A stretch of 64,000 nucleotides of DNA, from positions 1,907-65,906 of the forward strand of contig JAJDND010000055.1 in the NCBI GenBank assembly GCA_022340885.1, in the 5' to 3' direction. The translations under genes and the position numbers were made by a program. The stretch is from Desulfobacterales bacterium (lineage in GTDB: Bacteria > Desulfobacterota > Desulfobacteria > Desulfobacterales > UBA11574). The stretch's first letter is position 1; each line of letters starts with the position of its first letter. This document shows positions 57,889 to 64,000 of this stretch, piece after piece. The notes beneath the pieces were generated by a model. It worked only from the letters and a program-made list of their open reading frames with translations. It was not told the DNA's origin and did not search any database.

Positions 57889-58143
57889 TTATCCCAAGTT
57901 TTTTCCACAGCAACTGCCTGGCCCTGCGCAACCGGCCTCACCGGGAGATGATCCGCAGCAGGGGGTGTCTCCCAGACCAGGCATGCTGTTTTTAAAGAGG
58001 CCAGACATGGATGAGTGGGCTGAAAGCAGTTTTTTTAGACGTTGACTTTTGCAGGAATGGCACTGTGGTGAATCATCTGATCCGACCATAAGGATTTCAC
58101 TGGTTTTTCCGCAGTCCAGACAAAGATAGTCATATATCGGCAT
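57889..58143 (-). CDS. FmdB-family zinc ribbon protein with Cys-rich tail
   Basis: MPIYDYLCLDCG...CHSC and CCGSS...CAGPGSCCG. Confidence 0.85.
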   Translation of the reverse strand: MPIYDYLCLDCGKTSEILMVGSDDSPQCHSCKSQRLKKLLSAHSSMSGLFKNSMPGLGDTPCCGSSPGEAGCAGPGSCCGKNLG

Positions 58144-58185
58144 AATTGGCACCTCGCTTCAACAATGTATTTGATTGTAAAATAG

Positions 58186-58238
58186 TATATGTTATGAGCT
58201 TATGCTCATAACATATAGGTGGTATTTTACTTTGTCAA
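58186..58238 (-). promoter_or_regulatory. sigma70 promoter overlapped by a perfect 14-bp-arm operator
   Basis: TTGACA 58238-58233, 17 bp, TATGTT; palindrome TATATGTTATGAGC-TTAT-GCTCATAACATATA. Confidence 0.75.
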
Positions 58239-58290
58239 GATTTATTATAAAACTCATTTCAGAATATAACGTTCTGCTGCAATGAGACAT

Positions 58291-59208
58291 CTATGCAACT
58301 CTGTCTGGACAATTTATGCTTGCAACCGGCTGAGTTGCGCGGAGAACTACTTGTTCAGTGGTGCTACCGAATGACGCTAAAGAAGATTCGATAATTTTAG
58401 TATGATGCGCTAAGACAATGAGATCACAATTCTTTTCGCGAGCGAACTTTACAATTTCAACGTACGGGATACCTTCCCAGACTTCGATTTCATAATTATC
58501 AAAACCACCCAATTGAGATATATATCTCTTTTCAATCTTTTTCCGGGCATCCTTTATCATTTTTTCAATCTCTGCCTGTTGAAGAACCTGGCCGGCTTCG
58601 CCATAATAAATATTCAAAGCATGGAAAAAATGAAGTTTGGCTCCTGCCTCTTTTGCCAATTTGCAGGTAAAGGGAAAGGCCGAATCAGATGCCTTGGAAA
58701 AATCGGTTCCAAACACAATATTTGAAAATAATTTCAACTTGATAGTGAGGGGCCTGCTTATAATAATAACCGGGCAGGGAGCGGATTTCGCAACCCTTTG
58801 CATTGTGTTTCCTACCACACTCCTGAGCCGCAAAGGGCCAACGCCTTCCTCGCGCGCGTGGGCACCCATGATAATAAGGTCGACATCTTCTTCATGGGCC
58901 ATCCTTAAAATTTCCTTATCAGGCCGACCGATTTTGGCTTTAAGGACAATGCCTTGAGTATGCTTCAACTCATCAGCATAGATGCTTTTCATCTCTTCAA
59001 TTACCAAGGCCGCATATTCCTCGTCCATCACTTTTTTTTTGAGGGTTTTGCTTTTCTTGCCAAAAGGAGTATAATTACTCCTATGCACGCCAAAGACGTG
59101 AAGAACTATTAATTTCGCATCCCACTTGAGCTGCATATCAAAGGCCACTTTGGCAGCATTGTCACAGTTCGGTGAAGCTGTTGTGGCAAGTAGTATTTTT
59201 TTAAACAT
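58291..59208 (-). CDS. tandem-domain universal stress protein
   Basis: KKILLAT, DLIIMGAH, VGNTMQRVAKSAPCPV, GTDFS and GSTTEQVV. Confidence 0.92.
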   Translation of the reverse strand: MFKKILLATTASPNCDNAAKVAFDMQLKWDAKLIVLHVFGVHRSNYTPFGKKSKTLKKKVMDEEYAALVIEEMKSIYADELKHTQGIVLKAKIGRPDKEILRMAHEEDVDLIIMGAHAREEGVGPLRLRSVVGNTMQRVAKSAPCPVIIISRPLTIKLKLFSNIVFGTDFSKASDSAFPFTCKLAKEAGAKLHFFHALNIYYGEAGQVLQQAEIEKMIKDARKKIEKRYISQLGGFDNYEIEVWEGIPYVEIVKFAREKNCDLIVLAHHTKIIESSLASFGSTTEQVVLRATQPVASINCPDRVA

Positions 59209-59423
59209 CTGTCACCTCCTCATTTCACATTGTTCTGGGGCACCGTGAACAATATGCTTTTTATTTGGTAGCTTTCTTCATAATGTTCACTCACAGTCTC
59301 ATTAGACATTTCCGAGAACCTTCTAAGGAGTTTCTCAAAGATGCACCCCATTTCACGTCTTAAAACCACACTAAGATGGAGATTAATCTTAGAACTGAAT
59401 TCATCTGCTCTTTTTAAAGTTAA

Positions 59424-59439
59424 AGCATTTTCCATGCCA
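59424..59439 (-). promoter_or_regulatory. sigma54 -24/-12 promoter for the USP gene
   Basis: Minus strand TGGCATGGAAAATGCT (GG-N10-GC). Confidence 0.65.
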
Positions 59440-59465
59440 CATTTTACAAAATAAAATAATAGTTA

Positions 59466-59606
59466 GTGTCCATCCATAAATGAGGATTTTTGTTCAAGAT
59501 CAAGGCATGCGAAAAAAATAACCGCAGGCATATAGTTGATATTCCGAGGATTATTTATTGAGCATAACGCAGAGATTGGGCAAAAAGACCATTTATGGAT
59601 GGACAC
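59466..59606. mobile_element. hairpin MITE-like element, subfamily B (inverted)
   Basis: Reverse-complement near-copy of 51274-51414; TAGTTA on both sides. Confidence 0.82.
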
Positions 59607-59683
59607 TAGTTAGGTGCTTGAATAGAGTCTAAGGTAATATGCCTCTGAACTAACAGGATGTAATCGGAGTTTAACCTAAATTC

Positions 59684-59699
59684 TGGCATTAATGTTGCA
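59684..59699 (+). promoter_or_regulatory. sigma54 -24/-12 promoter
   Basis: TGGCATTAATGTTGCA, upstream of the operon containing a sigma54 activator. Confidence 0.72.
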
Positions 59700-59843
59700 A
59701 TACTATCCTTTCAGAATTCTTTCAGTACCATAGAGATATAGAATACATACGAATCCAAAGAATAGAAATCCTTTTTGCTGGTATAAACAAATAGTGTCCA
59801 AAAGAAGCTGTGGAACGATAACAATCGCCAACAAGGAAAACGG

Positions 59844-60566
59844 GTGTCCTTTGAAACAAAAGAAGATGTATTGTTGCAAGTCCTTACACAGAAAAGACCA
59901 AAGTGTACTTACTGCGGTAAGAAAATGCGCATATGGGAGGTGCCCCAGTTCCCCTTCGAAGATGGTTTAGGGTGGGGAACGCCCTATTTGTTTGTCTGTT
60001 TCAACAATCGATGTCCCATGTATGAGCAGGGATGGGATAACATCAGACGAAATTACGGCCGACATGCTTCATACCGTTGCATATGCTACCCGGGAAGCAA
60101 CACTTATGCATGTATGGCGATCTTTAGTCAAAACGGGGCCACCGGACAAATTATCGATGATGAGATTGCCACTGCTAAGTTACAGGCACTGAAAACAGCC
60201 ATTGAAAGAAAAATTTCATTTCTTGAAGATTGTTTTGCAGCAAAAGATTGGCAATCGGTGTTAAAAGTGCTTTTAGATCCAATTGAGCAGGACATTATAA
60301 GAATAAAAGCCGTGGATTTGATTGGTGAAATTGGTACGACGGAAGCAATCGAACCGATAAGGAACAAAAATTTCGGCAATGGTTTTCTGTTGAAAAAAAT
60401 CGAAAAATCTTTAGGAAAAATACATGAAAGATTTTCTACTCGAGAATGCCCTTTCTGTTCTGAAATAATTAGAAAAAAGGCAAAGGCTTGCAAATATTGC
60501 GGCGGAGTGTTGCCGGTATCAGAAAAAATTCCACCCAAACAGGGGATATTTGATCGTCAGAGTTGA
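59844..60566 (+). CDS. Zn-finger / HEAT-like / zinc-ribbon protein
   Basis: CTYC, FVCFNNRCP, SYRC, a helical repeat and CPFC..CKYC. Confidence 0.75.
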   Translation: MSFETKEDVLLQVLTQKRPKCTYCGKKMRIWEVPQFPFEDGLGWGTPYLFVCFNNRCPMYEQGWDNIRRNYGRHASYRCICYPGSNTYACMAIFSQNGATGQIIDDEIATAKLQALKTAIERKISFLEDCFAAKDWQSVLKVLLDPIEQDIIRIKAVDLIGEIGTTEAIEPIRNKNFGNGFLLKKIEKSLGKIHERFSTRECPFCSEIIRKKAKACKYCGGVLPVSEKIPPKQGIFDRQS

Positions 60567-60609
60567 AATAACTTTAAAGGTCCGTATGTAAAAAGGAAAT
60601 TTTTTAATA

Positions 60610-61995
60610 ATGAGTTGCCAACTTCTCAATGCTAAAACGGCCCCATTATGCCAATCAAACCAAGAATACTATAATATTATACTGGACAGCATTGAAGAGG
60701 GCGTCTTCACTGTTGATTTAAAGTGGGTTATTACGTCATTCAACAAGGCAGCAGAGAAAATTACAGGGGTATCGAAGGAAGAGGCTATCGGACGGTCATG
60801 CTCGGAAGTCTTTGGCAGCAATGTATGCAATACAACAGAATGTGCAATCCGAAAGGCCATGCATACCGACACCCCGATTATAAATATGCCGGTTTACATT
60901 CTCCGTTCCGATAAACGAATCCCCATCAGTGTCAATGCCTCGATATTAAAAGACCGAAACGGTCATGTGATCGGTGGTGTGGAAACCTTCAGGGATTTAT
61001 CCTCTATCGGCCAGTTCCGAAAATCACTCCGAAAACATTACTCTTTTGAAAATATAGTGAGCAAGAGTCAAAAGATGCTGGACATCTTTTCAACCCTTCT
61101 TTTAATTGCCGACAGCGAGTGCACCGTTTTAATAGAAGGGGCCACCGGCACGGGGAAAGAACTACTTGCCAAGGCCATTCATAACAACAGCCCCCAAAAA
61201 AACGGACCTTTTGTACCGGTGAATTGCGGGGCAATCCCAGATACCCTGATTGAATCCGAGCTTTTTGGGTACAAGGCCGGCGCGTTTACCGATGCAAAAA
61301 TGGACAAACCCGGGCGCTTCGAACGAGCTCAGAACGGCACCATTTTTCTGGACGAGATCGGAGATATTTCCATTGCCCTGCAGACGCGTCTTCTGCGAGT
61401 TCTCGAGGAAAAAATTTATGAACCTTTAGGCTCCATAAGACCCAAAGAAACCAATGCCAGGGTTGTGGTGGCAACCCATCAGGAACTGGATAAACTGGTA
61501 AAAGAAGAGAGATTCAGGGAGGATTTGTTTTTTCGCATTAACGTGATGAAATTGAAACTGCCGACGCTTGCGGAACGAAAAGAGGATATTCCGCTTTTGG
61601 TGAATCATTTTATCGAGCGCTTCAATCGCGGGAAAAAGAAGAAAATTCTGGGTCTTACCCAGGAGGCGATGGCAGCGGTGATGCTTTATGACTGGCCCGG
61701 CAATATCCGTGAGCTTGAAAATGCCATAGAACATGCGTTTGTCCTCTGCAAGGAAGAATTGATTCGTCTGAGATACTTGCCGGACAAACTGTTGTCGGAA
61801 ATCAATGCCATTTTTGCGACCAATGGCACCACACTTAAAGATATCGAAAAGAACGCTATTTTACAGGCGCTACAAAGAAATCGTTGGAAAAAAGCCGCAA
61901 CAGCCAAAGAGCTTGGAATCGATAAAAACACCCTTCGCCGGAAGATCGTACGTTACGGTATCGAGGGAAATAATAAGGGAAAAAGAAATGGTTAA
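60610..61995 (+). CDS. PAS-domain sigma54-dependent transcriptional activator
   Basis: PAS, GATGTGKE, ESELFGY, GAFTDA, FLDEIGD, WPGNIREL and Fis HTH. Confidence 0.95.
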   Translation: MSCQLLNAKTAPLCQSNQEYYNIILDSIEEGVFTVDLKWVITSFNKAAEKITGVSKEEAIGRSCSEVFGSNVCNTTECAIRKAMHTDTPIINMPVYILRSDKRIPISVNASILKDRNGHVIGGVETFRDLSSIGQFRKSLRKHYSFENIVSKSQKMLDIFSTLLLIADSECTVLIEGATGTGKELLAKAIHNNSPQKNGPFVPVNCGAIPDTLIESELFGYKAGAFTDAKMDKPGRFERAQNGTIFLDEIGDISIALQTRLLRVLEEKIYEPLGSIRPKETNARVVVATHQELDKLVKEERFREDLFFRINVMKLKLPTLAERKEDIPLLVNHFIERFNRGKKKKILGLTQEAMAAVMLYDWPGNIRELENAIEHAFVLCKEELIRLRYLPDKLLSEINAIFATNGTTLKDIEKNAILQALQRNRWKKAATAKELGIDKNTLRRKIVRYGIEGNNKGKRNG

Positions 61996-62773
61996 AAAAC
62001 GTTTGTCAAAAGAAAAACAAGGATTGACCGTACTGACACCGGAAAACGATTTTCGATTTAAATGCCGACAGGACCTTGATTGCTTTACCCGGTGTTGTCG
62101 CAACATTACCATTGTTTTGACACCCTATGATATCCTTCGTATGAAAAACGCGCTGAACATATTATCGGTGGAGTTTTTGGCAAACTACACGGTGTCAATG
62201 ATCGGGGACGCAGGGCTTCCTGTGGTTCTTTTAAAAATGAATGATAATGATGAGAAAAACTGTCCCTTTGTGACAAGACAAGGATGCAGGATTTATCCGG
62301 ATCGACCTTGGACCTGCCGCATATACCCGCTGCAACCGGAAAGTTCCAAAATAACCGAAAAGGCCGGAAAACAATACTATTCTGTTATGGATGTTCCCTT
62401 TTGTCTCGGCCTTGATGCGGACAAATCCTTAACTTTAGCAAAGTGGATTGAAGAACAGGGGGTTCCCGTTTATCAAAAGATGGAAGCACCGTTTAAAACA
62501 ATTACCGGCAATGAATTCCTCGGCCGAAATAAGATTACGAACAGAAACATCCAGGAAATGTTTTATATGGCCTGCTATGATTTGGATCGTTTTAAACGTT
62601 TTGTATTGGAAAGCACATTTTTGGAGCGCTTTGAGGTGGAACCGGAAGTCGTGGAAAAAATAAAAGAGGATGATGTGGAACTCTATTATTTCGCCATGAG
62701 ATGGCTCGAATATGGTCTGCTCGGACAGCATGTGCTGAAAGTCAAACCCGATGTTATGGGGGGCAAAAAGTAA
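61988..62773 (+). CDS. YkgJ-family cysteine cluster protein
   Basis: CFTRCC, LTPYD, CPF and CRIYPDRPWTCRIYP. Start reassigned to 61988. Confidence 0.85.
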   Translation: MVKKRLSKEKQGLTVLTPENDFRFKCRQDLDCFTRCCRNITIVLTPYDILRMKNALNILSVEFLANYTVSMIGDAGLPVVLLKMNDNDEKNCPFVTRQGCRIYPDRPWTCRIYPLQPESSKITEKAGKQYYSVMDVPFCLGLDADKSLTLAKWIEEQGVPVYQKMEAPFKTITGNEFLGRNKITNRNIQEMFYMACYDLDRFKRFVLESTFLERFEVEPEVVEKIKEDDVELYYFAMRWLEYGLLGQHVLKVKPDVMGGKK

Positions 62774-62787
62774 GAGCTTGAAATACA

Positions 62788-63573
62788 ATGATCGATCAGA
62801 AATTGATGCATCCTCTAAAGGACCGGAAATTTCGGTTTGCCTGCCATAGAGGTTTATCTTGTTTTACGGGATGTTGTGCAAATCTTAATTTGGTGCTTAC
62901 GCCTTATGATGTCCTCCGCCTTAAAAACAGGCTCAAGCTTTCATCCGATGTCTTTTTAGACCGTTACGCCACCAGTTATATCGATGAAAAATATGGGGTT
63001 CCAGTGGTTAAGCTCAAGATGAACAGCGATGAAAACCGCCGGTGCCCTTTTGTGAGCCCAGAAGGATGTGTTGTTTATGAAGACCGCCCCGGCGCCTGCC
63101 GCCTCTATCCTATAGGGCGGGCCGCATCGAAGATTCATGAAGGCTTAGAGGCGGGAGAGTATTACTTCATGGTGAAAGAGTCCCACTGTCTCGGATTCAA
63201 TGAAAGGCGGGAATGGACGGTTCGGGAGTGGCTCGCGGATCAGGGGCTGGATGAATACAATGCCATGAATGACCTTTTCATGGACATTGCGGCCGGCCGA
63301 CAGTCAAAAACCATCAAAAGGCTCAGTGACCGCCAACTGCAGATGTATTACATGGCCGGTTACAGCATGGATGAATTCAGGCGCTTTGTGTTTGACACCT
63401 CGTTTCTGAATCGGTTTGACATACCTCAAGATGTTTTAGACCGCATCAAAACCGATGAAACCGAACTCATGGCGTTTGCCCGTCAATGGCTCAAATTCTC
63501 TCTTTTTGGAGAAAAAACTTTTCAACTAACGGAGAGGCCGGGGAGTTTTTCTAAACAACCGCTACATGGATAA
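62788..63573 (+). CDS. YkgJ-family cysteine cluster protein (paralog)
   Basis: CFTGCC, LTPYD, CPF and CVVYEDRPGACRLYP. Confidence 0.85.
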   Translation: MIDQKLMHPLKDRKFRFACHRGLSCFTGCCANLNLVLTPYDVLRLKNRLKLSSDVFLDRYATSYIDEKYGVPVVKLKMNSDENRRCPFVSPEGCVVYEDRPGACRLYPIGRAASKIHEGLEAGEYYFMVKESHCLGFNERREWTVREWLADQGLDEYNAMNDLFMDIAAGRQSKTIKRLSDRQLQMYYMAGYSMDEFRRFVFDTSFLNRFDIPQDVLDRIKTDETELMAFARQWLKFSLFGEKTFQLTERPGSFSKQPLHG

Positions 63574-63706
63574 TTTTCTATTCAACCGCATGATCACACC
63601 AGTCGAAGATGCCGCTTGCGGTGAGTTAGACAAGACTCGAGGCAAGGGCCCGATCCGCTATTTGCAAGGATTTAGGGAAAAAACTCCCCGACCCTTCAAA
63701 TATCTG

Positions 63707-63973
63707 TCACTCGATGATATCGTCTTTCAGAGCGTCATAGGACCATACCGGAAGGGGTAAAAATTTGCCTGTGTCAGGATCCAAGCGGCAGCGATAGGAT
63801 GCATGAGTTGCCTGTTGTTCCCAAATCCGTTTCCAGCCCTCAACAAAATAGGGACATTCATCGTTAAAACAAACGTAAAAGAATTCATTGGGCCAGGTAG
63901 AGGCGATGGGAACTTTCCATTTTTTCATCTCCTGTCCGCAATGAGGACACAGTGGTGCTTTTTTGTATGTCAT
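63707..63973 (-). CDS. small Zn-finger protein homologous to the N-terminus of 59844
   Basis: CPHC..MKKWKVP...YVCFNDECPYF..GW...HASYRC. Confidence 0.75.
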   Translation of the reverse strand: MTYKKAPLCPHCGQEMKKWKVPIASTWPNEFFYVCFNDECPYFVEGWKRIWEQQATHASYRCRLDPDTGKFLPLPVWSYDALKDDIIE

Positions 63974-64000
63974 CTTTTTTTTGTTCCCTTTAATAAAAGC

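Noticed and set aside
29494-59606. Repeats as a CRISPR array or integron attC sites
   Set aside because: They are dispersed, have no spacer periodicity, no cas or intI gene is present, and they flank housekeeping genes.

Overview
This 64 kb window looks like chromosome of a sulfate-reducing deltaproteobacterium (Desulfobacterales-like). The taxonomy is inferred from gene content only: class III PHA genes, an orange-protein cluster, an IspH-UbiA fusion and fhs. (1) 0.3-10.4 kb is an expanded polyhydroxyalkanoate locus: SDR, thiolase, phaR, two phasins, a divergent second PhaC-like hydrolase with a small PhaE-like partner, a PilZ-zinc-finger gene, phaJ, a stand-alone tandem GAF protein and phaEC. 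(2) Dodecin and a PAS/HisKA_3-NarL two-component pair follow. (3) A housekeeping stretch carries trmL, fhs, an ABC heterodimer, an RNB nuclease, map, prmA, radical SAM enzymes and ppiD. (4) tRNA-Ala(GGC) is followed by an integrase relic, a candidate sRNA and a classical hemE-hemN-hemH-hemG operon. (5) Next come an EF-G paralog, parAB, ispH-ubiA and plsY. (6) An orange-protein/MinD-FeS cluster shares a palindromic operator. (7) The last block is sigma54-driven and holds USP, Zn-finger and YkgJ genes. Signals absent from the ORF track: a four-copy phased promoter module resembling NreC/DosR sites that links PHA, dodecin and haem loci; two short terminator-bounded RNAs behind it; a family of ~140-180 bp hairpin MITE-like elements with a covarying core (one chimeric, one nested in another repeat with a 7-bp duplication); and a 52-aa RRSGxDRR-repeat microprotein. 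All alignments were done by eye and no database searches were run.
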